A stretch of 64,000 bases of DNA from Polyangiales bacterium (GCA_038230375.1 JBBRNJ010000018.1:1-64000), one strand, 5' to 3'. Positions 22,284-31,951 are shown, numbered from the stretch's first letter. Made by a program: numbers and translations. The notes: generated by a model not told the origin, from the letters alone.

Positions 22284-22317
22284 TTCGAGGAGCGTCGATT
22301 TCTCTGGCTCCGGGTGG

Positions 22318-23013
22318 TCAGCGAACGCCTAGGCGCGATGCGATCTCGTCGATGGCGCGCGCGTGGATGCGACACGCCCACGACTTGGAGAGCCCGAGCT
22401 CCCGACCCACGTCTGCGACGGTCTTGCCCTCGAAATAGTGACCCTGGATGACAGCGTGCTCTTCCTTGGAGAGGTTCTTCATCGCGACCTCCATCTTGGA
22501 GAGGAGCTCCGCGCGCGTGACGAGCTCCTCGGGCGTGCCTTCGTTGTCCGGGACGTCGAGCGCCTTGTCGATGGTCCGCACGGAGAGGAAGCTCATGGCC
22601 ATGGCGACGGCCGCCTGGTTCAGGTACTGGCCCACCTTCGCGTCCGCCTCTTCCGGCGACGGTGGCGGCGTTCCCGCTTGATCCGAAACGAGCGCTTCCT
22701 GCACGAGCTCCGCGGCCTCTATCGCACGCAGCGCCCTGTACACGCGGCGGGGAAGCGCGCCGCGCTGACGGATGCCGTCGATGACGCCGCCTTTGACGCG
22801 CAGGTTGGCGTAACGGCGGAATGGCACGCCACGCGCCTCGTCGAAGCTCTTCGCCGCAACGGTGAGCGTCTCGCGGCCGATCGCGACGAGCTCCTCGAAC
22901 GGAATGTCGGAGCCGACATGGGACATCATCTGCCGCGCGACGTGATCGCACAGGTCAAGGTTCTCCGTCACGCGCGCGTGGAAGATCGCTTCTTCGGGTC
23001 CTACGGCGGGCAT
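22318..23013 (-). CDS. FliA/WhiG-family (sigma28) sigma factor
   Basis: FDEARGVPFRRYANLRVKGGVIDGIR (region 2) and YFEGKTVADVGRELGLSKSWACRIH (region 4). Confidence 0.9.
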   Translation of the reverse strand: MPAVGPEEAIFHARVTENLDLCDHVARQMMSHVGSDIPFEELVAIGRETLTVAAKSFDEARGVPFRRYANLRVKGGVIDGIRQRGALPRRVYRALRAIEAAELVQEALVSDQAGTPPPSPEEADAKVGQYLNQAAVAMAMSFLSVRTIDKALDVPDNEGTPEELVTRAELLSKMEVAMKNLSKEEHAVIQGHYFEGKTVADVGRELGLSKSWACRIHARAIDEIASRLGVR

Positions 23014-23072
23014 CGGCGGGTTCGAACAGTGTGCATGGGGTCACACCAACACTTCAAGAAAACTATCGCCCG

Positions 23073-24380
23073 TCACTCCCGGAGGTCCTTCCCGCGGCGC
23101 CCAGGCTTTTGCTCGGGGTCGGCGCTCTCCGGGCCGTGATCGTGCGCGTCGCGCGGATCCAGCGGCAGCTTCGGGAAGCTCTGTCGCTGCGCCTGGTAGA
23201 TGCTGCGCCGGCCCGTGAGCGTGTACGCCACCGCGCAGACGATGAGAACGTGCGGGAGCGCGCCGGCGCCCATGAGCTCCGTCGCCATGATGGAAAGGGC
23301 CAGGGGTGTGTTCGACGCGGTCGCGAAGACGGCCGCAAGCCCGACCCCGGCGCCCAGCTCCACCGGGATGCCAAGCAGGCGCGCAAGCACGCTACCCAGC
23401 GTGGCTCCCACGAAGAAGAGCGGAGTCACCTCGCCGCCCAGGAAGCCTGCCGACAGCGTCACGATCGTGAAGAGCATCTTCACGGCGAATGCCCATGGCG
23501 CGGCGCCGCCAGGTGCGAACGCGTGGACGATCTGCGGAACGCCAAGGCCCAGGAAGTCGTCGGTGCCAGAGAGCTTCCACATGGCAACGACGATGGCGCC
23601 GCCGATCATCATGCGCAGCGGCATCCGCGGGATGCGCTTCTCTGCCTGCTTCTTCGCGGCGTGCATTCCCTCGATGAACACGAGCGTGACCAGCGCCACC
23701 GCTGCCGCGAACACGAGCCACTTCAGCGTGAGCACGAACGTGAGAGGCACCGTGGGGACGGCCGGATACGCGGCGTGCACGATGCCCATCCTGCGCGTGG
23801 TCATGTCGCCGATCACGGCGGCCGTGAGCGCGGGGACGAGCGCGCGATATTCGACCCGACCAAGAACGATGAACTCCAGGCCGAAGAATGCGCCCGCGAT
23901 CGGAGTACCGAAGACAGAGCCGAAGCCGCCAGCGACACCGGCGACCAGGATCTTCCGGCGCAGCGCGCCCACGAAGCCAAGGCGCGCAGCGAACGCATCC
24001 GCCAGGCTGGCGCCCATCTGCACTGCAGCGCCTTCGCGGCCCGCGCTTCCGCCGAACAGATGCGTGAGCACCGTGCCCACCAGGATCATCGGAGCCATGC
24101 GCAACGGCAGCGTGGGCCCGCCGTCGTGGATGGTGTCGATCACCAGGTTGTGCCCGCCCTTGATCGGCGCCCCGAGCCGTTCGTAGAGGAGCCCGAGGAC
24201 GATGCCCGCCACAGGCAGGAGGTAGATGAGGAACGCGTGCGTCTCACGCGTCTGTGTCGCGCGATCGAGCGCCCAGAGAAACAGTGCCGATGCAAGACCC
24301 GACAGCACGCCGACCACCGCGCCCACCGCGACCTGCGTGGTGAACGAGACCAGGGCACGCGGAATTCTGTCTCGGTCCAC
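23073..24380 (-). CDS. CLC-F type fluoride/H+ antiporter (EriC family)
   Basis: GHNLV, GREGA and GEVTP correspond to the CLC-F signatures GNNLI/GREGT/GEVTP. Confidence 0.88.
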   Translation of the reverse strand: MDRDRIPRALVSFTTQVAVGAVVGVLSGLASALFLWALDRATQTRETHAFLIYLLPVAGIVLGLLYERLGAPIKGGHNLVIDTIHDGGPTLPLRMAPMILVGTVLTHLFGGSAGREGAAVQMGASLADAFAARLGFVGALRRKILVAGVAGGFGSVFGTPIAGAFFGLEFIVLGRVEYRALVPALTAAVIGDMTTRRMGIVHAAYPAVPTVPLTFVLTLKWLVFAAAVALVTLVFIEGMHAAKKQAEKRIPRMPLRMMIGGAIVVAMWKLSGTDDFLGLGVPQIVHAFAPGGAAPWAFAVKMLFTIVTLSAGFLGGEVTPLFFVGATLGSVLARLLGIPVELGAGVGLAAVFATASNTPLALSIMATELMGAGALPHVLIVCAVAYTLTGRRSIYQAQRQSFPKLPLDPRDAHDHGPESADPEQKPGRRGKDLRE

Positions 24381-24443
24381 ATCCGTTCGTCTCGCGTGCA
24401 GGCGGAGGTGTCAAGATCTGTGCGATGTATTACGGTGGTTGTC

Positions 24444-25085
24444 GTGGAACCGCCGGAGACCTCGTCGCCCTTCAAGACCTGGCTCGCGTCGCTCGGACGC
24501 GATGGGTCGGCTGCGCTGGCGGCTGGCGAGGTGTACGGCTCACTGTCACCGAACGAGCGCGACGCATGGCTCGACGCGGTCGCGAGCGATCTGGGCCCTG
24601 CGGGAGTCGCGCATGCGGGTGTGGCCGCGGCGTATGCGCCGCTGCTTGCCCACGAGGAGGACCCGGCGCGGCGCGCGCGCATCCTTGCAGAGATCTCTCG
24701 CGCGGGCCTTGGCAGCGACGTCGGCGTCATGAAGGCATTCATGGGCGCTGGCCGCTTCTCGTTCGAGCGCTTGCCGTGTTCCATCATCGTGCTCCTCCGC
24801 GGTCTGGCGTTCGATCTGTCCGAGGCGCTCGTCTGCGCCGTGACGGAAGAAGCGGACGGCGAGCGCATTCGCGCGGCCACCTACCTTGGCCTTGCCTCCG
24901 CGGTCGAGGCCGAGCGCGTGGCGCTGGAAATGGGTGCACCATGCACGCTTTTGCCAGCCGACCCGCGCGAGGCCACCGACAAGATCGCGCACGGCATATG
25001 GAGCGACGCCCGCGCAGGCCGCGAGCCCCTCGCCGATCTCACCGCGGCGGCCCACTTCTTCGCGCCGGAGCCAGCAACCCCATGA
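24444..25085 (+). CDS. Hypothetical protein
   Basis: 3' part of the long ORF 23031-25085; start approximate; ATGA overlap with the next gene. Confidence 0.65.
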   Translation: MEPPETSSPFKTWLASLGRDGSAALAAGEVYGSLSPNERDAWLDAVASDLGPAGVAHAGVAAAYAPLLAHEEDPARRARILAEISRAGLGSDVGVMKAFMGAGRFSFERLPCSIIVLLRGLAFDLSEALVCAVTEEADGERIRAATYLGLASAVEAERVALEMGAPCTLLPADPREATDKIAHGIWSDARAGREPLADLTAAAHFFAPEPATP

Positions 25086-25774
25086 GCGATGCGGGCACTC
25101 CCCCGGGAAAGCCCCCCGTCGAGAGTAGCGACGCGCGTCGCTGCAAGACATGCGCGCGCTTCGTGCGCGTGATCGAGACCATCGACGCCAACGGCGAGGT
25201 GAAGCGCACCGGCGACTGCCTGCTCGGCGCGTGGTCGCCGCCCATCTTCGAGAACATGACGTGCTCGCAGTGGGTGCAGAAGGGCGCGTTCACGGCGTCC
25301 CTGCCGGCGAAGGCCACACGGCAACGGCGCGCGGGCGGCGGTGGTTCGCGCGGACCCGGAGATCGCGAAGACTATCGCGCGCCTGACTTTTCGGATCTCG
25401 AGCTACCGGAGGATCTTCTCGCCATGGACAAGGACGAATTCAAGAGCATCTTGGCGCAGGTCATCCGCGAGGAGCTGGGCATCCGCCCCGTGGAGCTGGG
25501 CGGACGCTGGCAAGGCGGCGAGCTCGTGCTCACCCCGGGCAAGAAGGACACCGCCGAGAAGCGCGTCCCCATCGAGACCTTCTTCCACAAGATCGTCATG
25601 GTCAGGGACCGCCTCCGCGTGCTCGAGCAGAAGGTGAACTCCAGCAAGCTGTCCGACGAGGACAAGGTGCAGATGCAGCAGTACGTCACCGCCTGCTACG
25701 GCTCGCTCACCACCTTCAACGTGCTCTTCGCGGAGCGCGCCGACGGGTTCGCGGGGCAGAAGGGCGAGGACTGA
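25082..25774 (+). CDS. Hypothetical protein with N-terminal Cys4 motif
   Basis: Start MSDAGT; CKTC..C..C then a helical domain VPIETFFHKIVMVRDRLRVLEQ..YGSLTTFNVLF. Confidence 0.85.
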   Translation: MSDAGTPPGKPPVESSDARRCKTCARFVRVIETIDANGEVKRTGDCLLGAWSPPIFENMTCSQWVQKGAFTASLPAKATRQRRAGGGGSRGPGDREDYRAPDFSDLELPEDLLAMDKDEFKSILAQVIREELGIRPVELGGRWQGGELVLTPGKKDTAEKRVPIETFFHKIVMVRDRLRVLEQKVNSSKLSDEDKVQMQQYVTACYGSLTTFNVLFAERADGFAGQKGED

Positions 25775-25776
25775 GC

Positions 25777-26325
25777 TTGGTCGTGCGGGTTGGGTCCGTC
25801 GCGCACGCGCTCGCCGCAGCGCTGGCCTCGTGCCTGTTCGTGGGGCAGGTCGCGGCGTGCAAGCCGAGCGCCGCGGAGGAGCCGGCGCCTGGCGTGTCCG
25901 AGGGCGCGCCCACGCTCGGCAAGAACGTGTCGTTCACGTTCGACTCGCTGGATGCGCGTCCTGTCAGCTCCGAGGCCGCGCGCGGGCGTGTCGCGGTGCT
26001 CGCCTTCATTGCCACGTGGGATCTCTCTTCGCAGGCCGAGGTGAACTACCTGGTCGCCATGGCGAAGCACGACGAGACATCCGTGTATTATGCACTCATT
26101 GCCCTGGACGATCCAAAGAACCGGGAGCTGGTCGAGACCTACAAGAAGACGCTGGCCGTGACATTCCCGGTGGCCATGGCGGACGCCGAGACCACCGCTG
26201 GTCGCGGCCCCATCCCGGGCGTGAACGCGCTGCCCACGGTCGTGGTCCTCGATCGCACGGGCAAGGTCGTCTTCCAGCGGAGCGGTCTGTCGAAGCCCGA
26301 GGAGATCCGCCCGCACATGCGATGA
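25777..26325 (+). CDS. TlpA-like thioredoxin-fold lipoprotein lacking CxxC
   Basis: QVAAC lipobox; RGRVAVLAFIATWDLSS, FPVAM, cis-Pro ALPTVVVLDRTGKV. Confidence 0.8.
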   Translation: MVVRVGSVAHALAAALASCLFVGQVAACKPSAAEEPAPGVSEGAPTLGKNVSFTFDSLDARPVSSEAARGRVAVLAFIATWDLSSQAEVNYLVAMAKHDETSVYYALIALDDPKNRELVETYKKTLAVTFPVAMADAETTAGRGPIPGVNALPTVVVLDRTGKVVFQRSGLSKPEEIRPHMR

Positions 26326-26348
26326 GCGAGGGCGAGAGCGCGCGCGGC

Positions 26349-27290
26349 CTACTTGGGGCCGACGGGCGCTGCGGTGCTGGAGCCAGCGCCCCAGAACACG
26401 AGGTTCGGGGGCGCGTTCGGGATGGAGAGCTTGTTCGTCATGGTCTTCGTGCCGCTGAAGGTCACCTCGAAGAGGTTGCCGGTGTTGTCGAAGCCGTAGA
26501 CGGTACCTGCCCAGAACGCGAGACCGAAGACCTTGGAGTAGCCGATGGTGCCCCAGTCGTGGACCATCTTGCCCGTGGCGGGGTCAACCTCGACGAGGCA
26601 GTCGCTCTTCGCGCACGCGGTGCCGCCCTTGACCGTGAGGTATGTGGTCCCGCCCTTGACGGAGACGATGTCGCCGCTGGAGATGACGCCGCTCGGACCC
26701 TTGAGCGTGCCGATGTTGGAGATCGCTCCGGTGCCGCGATCGATGCGCACGTAGACGTCGTCCACGTAGCCAACGAGGGTCTCGTCGTTCGCGTCCACGG
26801 TTCCTTCGGGCACGAACGAGAGCGAGTTCGGATACGTGTCCTTCTTGATGAGCGTGCATGCGACCGTCGCCGTGTCGACGCTGTAGAGGCCGTCCTGCGT
26901 GGTGACGAACATCACGCCCTTCTTGTCGACGGCCAGGTCCACGACCTTCGTGCAGCCGGTGAACGTGCCGACAGTGCTGACGGCCTTCGTGTTCGGATCG
27001 AGCTTGTAGAGCACGGTGTCCGAATGGCCCCAGACAATCGCCGGGAGATCGCCCGCCGCCGAGTCCTGCTGGACGCCGCCCTCGCCAAAGCCCGGACCAC
27101 CCCCTCCAGCGCCGCCATCCGCGCCCGGGTCGACCGTGCCCGCTTCGTCATCCGCCGAGAATCCGGACGTGGTCGACGAGGCCGCGCAGCCCGAGCCGAG
27201 CGACGCGACGCCCGCGATGGCTGCGGCACCAAGCACCGGTGTGAGGGACAAGGACACGAGCAGCGCACGAGACGCAAAGCGGGCTTTCAC
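26349..27290 (-). CDS. Beta-propeller-like lipoprotein
   Basis: LGSGC lipobox; repeated LYKLDP/LYSVDT/LVEVDPATG blades; WGAGSST C-terminus. Confidence 0.8.
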   Translation of the reverse strand: MKARFASRALLVSLSLTPVLGAAAIAGVASLGSGCAASSTTSGFSADDEAGTVDPGADGGAGGGGPGFGEGGVQQDSAAGDLPAIVWGHSDTVLYKLDPNTKAVSTVGTFTGCTKVVDLAVDKKGVMFVTTQDGLYSVDTATVACTLIKKDTYPNSLSFVPEGTVDANDETLVGYVDDVYVRIDRGTGAISNIGTLKGPSGVISSGDIVSVKGGTTYLTVKGGTACAKSDCLVEVDPATGKMVHDWGTIGYSKVFGLAFWAGTVYGFDNTGNLFEVTFSGTKTMTNKLSIPNAPPNLVFWGAGSSTAAPVGPK

Positions 27291-27345
27291 GGTGCGCTTA
27301 CCCTAGCGTCAGTTCGGCGTTTCGCCATGTCGGACATGTGAAATT

Positions 27346-28854
27346 CTAGGGTCGCGATGCGAGCGCCGCCTTCAGGGCGGGCTTCTGGACCTTGCCCAGC
27401 GTGTTCTTCGGGAGCTCGGAAAGCAGCACGAACTCCTTCGGCACCTTGTAGAAAGCCAGCTTTTCCTTGGCGAACGCGCGCAGCGCCTCGGGCGTCACGA
27501 CGGGCACACTGCTGCCGCGGACATGTCTCGCGACGATGCATGCGACCACGCGGTCTCCCCAGATCTCGTCGGACAGGCCCACCACCGCGACCTCCAGGAC
27601 GCCGGGATGCTCGCGCAGCACCTCCTCGATCTCGAGAGCCGACAGCTTGTAGCCGCCGCTCTTCAGGATGTCCTGGCTGGTCCTGCCCAGGATCTTGAAC
27701 GGGCCTTCGTGCCCGTCGCGGCTGACGGTGTCGCCCGTGCGGAACCACGTCACGCCGTTCGCGTCGGTCACGAACGCGGCGGCGGTCGCCTCCGGGCGCT
27801 CGTGGTAGCGCGGGAAGACGCTCGGGCCGCGCACCCAGAGCTCGCCCTCGAGCGCGTCGTTGCCGTGGTCGTCCTTGATCGCCGTCTCCACAGTTGGCAA
27901 CGGATGTCCCACGTACCCCGGTCGTCGGCCGGCGTGCGCGAGCGGGTTCGTCAGACCGACGCCGATCTCCGTCATGCCGAAGCGCTCGAGCGGGAACTGC
28001 CCCGAGAGCTCACGGAAGCGCTCGCCGAGCGTCACGGGCAGCGCAGCACTTCCGCTGGTCGCGAGACGCAGCGCGCGCGCATGAGGACCGAGCGAACGAA
28101 GGTCGTCCGCGTCCGCCGCGTCCAGCCCGAGGAACAGCTTCGCGTACATGGTGGGGACGCCCATGAAGATCGTGGCGTCCTTCATGGCGGAGAGGATCTC
28201 GCGCACCGAGAACCGCAGCATGTGAACGCTCGCACCCGCGAAGAGCGCGTTCACCAGCGCGATCGCCAGGCCGTGCATGTGATGAAGCGGCAGCGCATGG
28301 AGCAGCGTGTCGTCAGGCGTCACGCTCCAGGCGTCGCGGAGCAGCGCGGCCTGCACGCGGATGTTCTCGCGCGTGAGCACCGCGCCTTTGGGCTTGCTCG
28401 TGGTGCCGCTGGTGTAGAGCATGAGTGCCGGCGCATCCCCCGCGGCGTCCACGAATGCGCGCGCCCGCGTCGCGCCGATGCCGTCGATCAGCGTGGGCGT
28501 TGCAAGCCGTGTTGCGCCCATCACGGTCAGATCCTGCGTGACCAGCAAGCGCGTGACCCCTGCGTCCGAGATCGCATACTGGTGCTCCTCCTCCGGGTGC
28601 TCCGGCAGAAGCACCACGGCCGTCCCCTGGGCCTTCCAGATCCCGATGAGCGCCGCGACGAACGCAGCGCCGGGGGAGGCCAGGATCGCGACGCGCTCGC
28701 CGGCGAGCGACGCCCCACCAGCGAGCAGCGTCTCCGCGATTCCGTTCGCGTGCGCGTTCACATCGACGATCGCGTGCGCACCGCGAGCATCGGTGATCCG
28801 TGCACGCCCAGCGTCCACGTGCAGATTCCACGCATCCAGGAGATCGGCGCTCAT
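27346..28854 (-). CDS. Acyl-CoA synthetase, MatB/ACSF3 (malonyl-CoA synthetase)-like
   Basis: YTSGTTSKPKG, LPLHHMHG, ERFGMTE, WFRTGD, KSGGYKLSALEIE, PKNTLGKVQK. Confidence 0.9.
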   Translation of the reverse strand: MSADLLDAWNLHVDAGRARITDARGAHAIVDVNAHANGIAETLLAGGASLAGERVAILASPGAAFVAALIGIWKAQGTAVVLLPEHPEEEHQYAISDAGVTRLLVTQDLTVMGATRLATPTLIDGIGATRARAFVDAAGDAPALMLYTSGTTSKPKGAVLTRENIRVQAALLRDAWSVTPDDTLLHALPLHHMHGLAIALVNALFAGASVHMLRFSVREILSAMKDATIFMGVPTMYAKLFLGLDAADADDLRSLGPHARALRLATSGSAALPVTLGERFRELSGQFPLERFGMTEIGVGLTNPLAHAGRRPGYVGHPLPTVETAIKDDHGNDALEGELWVRGPSVFPRYHERPEATAAAFVTDANGVTWFRTGDTVSRDGHEGPFKILGRTSQDILKSGGYKLSALEIEEVLREHPGVLEVAVVGLSDEIWGDRVVACIVARHVRGSSVPVVTPEALRAFAKEKLAFYKVPKEFVLLSELPKNTLGKVQKPALKAALASRP

Positions 28855-28956
28855 TCGGAGCTGGATTAGCCCGAATTTCGCGGGCCCGCGACCGATTCGA
28901 CCACGATCGCCTCTCCATGATTTGAATGGACGGGGAGCCGTCGCAACGAACCCTCC

Positions 28957-29400
28957 ATGGCGCCCCGCATGGTCCTGGCGAGTGTCGTTCTGGTTGTAGC
29001 TGGCTCATCCATTGGGTGCGGCGGTGAGGCGGCGCAGTCGAGGCCTCCGGGTGAGAGCGTCGCATCGTCCTCGTCGGCGACGATGGTGGCCTGGGAGAAG
29101 TGCCTCGTGCCCATCTCGGGTGACTCGTCGCTTCGGGATCTGCCTCCATTCCCCTACCGGGATCCGGGGCCGAACGGCATCACGATCTCGGGCCGCGCGT
29201 CACGGCGAAGCGGACCTCTCGATCACGATCCGCAGTTGACGCTCGCCGACGCACTCCACACCGCGCAGGTCCCTCCGAACACGCCGGTCGTCGTGTGGCG
29301 CTGCGAAAACGGCACCGTCCATCCACTACGCATTCGTCCCGACGCGCCGCTCGCCGTACACGACTGGGTAGTCGCCCCGGATCCCGCAAGCTTCTACTAG
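28957..29400 (+). CDS. Hypothetical lipoprotein with SLBB/beta-grasp-like C-terminus
   Basis: SSIGC lipobox; ITISG..LTLADALHTA..PLAVHDWVV. Confidence 0.55.
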   Translation: MAPRMVLASVVLVVAGSSIGCGGEAAQSRPPGESVASSSSATMVAWEKCLVPISGDSSLRDLPPFPYRDPGPNGITISGRASRRSGPLDHDPQLTLADALHTAQVPPNTPVVVWRCENGTVHPLRIRPDAPLAVHDWVVAPDPASFY

Positions 29401-29432
29401 AAGCAAAGGCCGCCCTCGCTGGTTCACTGGGC

Positions 29433-31184
29433 TCAATGCAGCTCGTCGAAGAGGCAGGCGAATGCCGGGACCAGCACCTCTTCGGGTGAGGCGCCGCCGC
29501 TGACGAGGTGACCTTCGGCGTCGAACGTGAAGCCGTGATCGCCGGTGACGAGCAGGAGCGCGCGCGGCGGGAGCTCGGCGGCAGCGCGGAGGATCGCCGC
29601 GGCAGCCTGCTTGGCGACGGCCGGCATGATCTCGTAGACACCGCGCTCACCGGCGTGCTGCCACGTGAGGAGGCGCGCGAGCACCAGGTCCAGCTTGCGC
29701 AGCTCGCGCGAGCCGATGCGCATGCGGCGCGCCTCGTCTGCTGCCCGACCGCGCAGCGAGTCGAGCTCGGAGAGATCTTCGGCAGGCGAGGTGAGCGCGA
29801 TCTTGCCGCGGGCAAGGGTCTCGAGCTGACGCGCGCTGGTCGTGGGAAGCGCGCTCCACAGGATGCTCTCGTCCACGATTCCGCCGCGGCCCTCGAGCGA
29901 CGCGAGCAGCTCGTCGCGCACCATCACGCCGATGTCGAAGCGCATTGCGTCCACCAGGAGGACGTGCGCCGAGCGCGCGCCGCAGGCCTTCGCGATCGTA
30001 TGCGCGTGGTCCCATGCGTCGAGCACCATGCGCGGGCGACGTCCGCGGACGGCCAGCGTCGGGAACGCGTCGGTGTACGCACGCGCGAAGCCGCGACGGA
30101 ACTCGTCACGCGCATCCTTGGCGCGCACGTCGCCGAAGCCCATGCCCAGCTCGCGATCGACCGGCACATAGGACTTCACGAACGTCGCCTCGAGCGTCGC
30201 AAGCGCCTGCGGCCCACGCGCTGTTCCCAGCGCAGCCACGAGGTTCCCGAGCTCGGCGGAGGACATCGCCTGAGAAGGAGAGGCAGCCGTGGCGGGCGCC
30301 TCGGGCTCGCTTCGGACATCGACGTCAGCGTCGGCTTCTGGAGGAAGCGGAGAGAGGAGCTCCTCTTCGTCCTCGTCGAGCTCGGTGAAGGAGGTGGTGA
30401 GGGTCGGGGAGGATGCGTCAGGGGTGAAGGTCGAAGTCGAAGTCGAGGTCGGGGTCGAGGTCGAGGTCGAGGTCGAGGTCGTGGTCGTGGTCGTGGTCGT
30501 GGTCGAAGTCGACGTCTCGATCATCTCCGCTTCTCCCGCGTATGGAAGCGTCATCGGTTGCTCCTCCGGGAAGGGCAGGGTGTGAATCGCGTGGCTCTCT
30601 CGCTCCGTGTCCTCCGCGTCGTCTTCGTCGTCTGCGTTCTCGAGCTCTCCGAAGATCGCGTCGGTGAGCGGGATCGGATCGCCGTATGCGCCCAGGTACG
30701 CATCCTCTTGCGCAAGGAGGACCAGCAGCGGTCGTTCGCCCGCGGCCTTCGCATAGAAGCGCAGGAACGCAGCGTCCGTCGACTCGAGGACGCCCGTGGG
30801 GCGCGCGGCCATGGCGAGCGATCCGATCGAGAGCACGAGGCCCAGGAAGCCCGCCTTCTTCGCGCGAAAGAGCTGCTCGGAGAGCTTCGCGTCCGCGTCG
30901 GAGAGCTGGCTCATCAGCGTGACGGCGAAGGGGGCCGGTGGTGGCGCGCCGTGGGCGTCGAGCGCGCGTTCGATCTCGTCCTCGAGCAGCGCCGCGAGGC
31001 AGCCGCGCGTCCTTGGCGAAGGGACCACGATGCTGAGACCGCCGCGCTCCTCGAGCGTCGACAGCGCCTTCTCGCGCTCCTCTTCGGAGACAAAGCGAAC
31101 ACCACCTTCCACGAAGCCCTCCGGCAACGCGTGGTCGTGAAGTTCGGTGGCGTGGGAAGGGAGGGCGGGCGCAAGATCGGGCAT
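29433..31184 (-). CDS. Protein with C-terminal PglZ-like (alkaline phosphatase superfamily) domain
   Basis: VLLVDAMRFD, SALPTTS, LVTGDHGF, SGGASPEEVLVP; acidic and Thr/Ser linker. Confidence 0.75.
   Translation of the reverse strand: MPDLAPALPSHATELHDHALPEGFVEGGVRFVSEEEREKALSTLEERGGLSIVVPSPRTRGCLAALLEDEIERALDAHGAPPPAPFAVTLMSQLSDADAKLSEQLFRAKKAGFLGLVLSIGSLAMAARPTGVLESTDAAFLRFYAKAAGERPLLVLLAQEDAYLGAYGDPIPLTDAIFGELENADDEDDAEDTERESHAIHTLPFPEEQPMTLPYAGEAEMIETSTSTTTTTTTTTSTSTSTSTPTSTSTSTFTPDASSPTLTTSFTELDEDEEELLSPLPPEADADVDVRSEPEAPATAASPSQAMSSAELGNLVAALGTARGPQALATLEATFVKSYVPVDRELGMGFGDVRAKDARDEFRRGFARAYTDAFPTLAVRGRRPRMVLDAWDHAHTIAKACGARSAHVLLVDAMRFDIGVMVRDELLASLEGRGGIVDESILWSALPTTSARQLETLARGKIALTSPAEDLSELDSLRGRAADEARRMRIGSRELRKLDLVLARLLTWQHAGERGVYEIMPAVAKQAAAAILRAAAELPPRALLLVTGDHGFTFDAEGHLVSGGASPEEVLVPAFACLFDELH
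30424..30516. repeat. Hexamer microsatellite (GTCGAG/GTCGTG)n encoding a Thr/Ser linker
   Basis: Visible tandem hexamers inside the PglZ-like gene. Confidence 0.9.
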
Positions 31185-31480
31185 GGCCCACCTGTGGCTG
31201 ACTTCGGAGCAAATGGCCCAATTTCCGGCGCAGCCGTTGACGTCCCCCGCGGATTACCCGATGCTCTTTGGGTCCTCCTCCGGACTGTGGCTCGATTTTA
31301 CGAATCCCTTCTGAGCAACGACCAGGGATGCAAGGTCCGCTCATTGTGCACGCCGAGCCATCTCTTCGGAGCTCTGGATAATTCGGAAGCCTTAAGCGCG
31401 GGCATGAGTGTCCCACCTAGCCACTCGGGCTAGGGGTTCTGCGAACGGGCCATGGTCGGAGGAGGGCGCTTCTTTTCGGA

Positions 31481-31906
31481 TCAGTCGTCCGACCGGACCT
31501 TGCGGGCCTGTTTCTTCTCGCCCTCCTTGCGCTTCCCGTCCAGCCGGCGGCGCTGCGAGCCCTTCGACGGCTTCGTCTTGCGGCGCACCTTCGGCACCAG
31601 CAGCGCGCGCCGTAAGAGGTCGGCGAGCTTCGCGCGCGCATCGTCCAGGTTGCGCGACTGGTCGCGCGTGAGCTGGCTCTGCACATGGAGGAGGCCGGTG
31701 CTGTCGAGCGCGCTGCCCGCGAGCTCACGGAGGCGCTCCTTCTCCTGGGGCGAGAGGAGAGGGGAGCCGATCGCGTCGAAGGCGAGCTCCACCTTGGAAG
31801 AGACCTTGTTCACGTTCTGCCCACCGGGCCCCGACGCGCGCACCGCGGCGAACGAGATCGCCCCGGCCGGGATCACGAGGCGAGAATTCACGATCAGAGG
31901 TTCCAC
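31481..31906 (-). CDS. arfB: Alternative ribosome rescue factor ArfB
   Basis: Start GTG (VEPLIV); RASGPGGQNVNKVSSKV, RDQSRN, basic tail RRKTKPS. Confidence 0.95.
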   Translation of the reverse strand: MEPLIVNSRLVIPAGAISFAAVRASGPGGQNVNKVSSKVELAFDAIGSPLLSPQEKERLRELAGSALDSTGLLHVQSQLTRDQSRNLDDARAKLADLLRRALLVPKVRRKTKPSKGSQRRRLDGKRKEGEKKQARKVRSDD

Positions 31907-31951
31907 GAGGCGTCCTTTCCGAACACACTCTATAATGGAGAGAAGGTCGCC

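Noticed and set aside
24381..24450. Fluoride riboswitch upstream of the CLC-F gene
   Set aside because: The intergenic space is only ~60 bp and I could not find the GGCGATGG..GCTGATG core
29433..31184. BREX defence system
   Set aside because: Only a PglZ-like domain; no BrxC ATPase, PglX methylase or BrxL nearby
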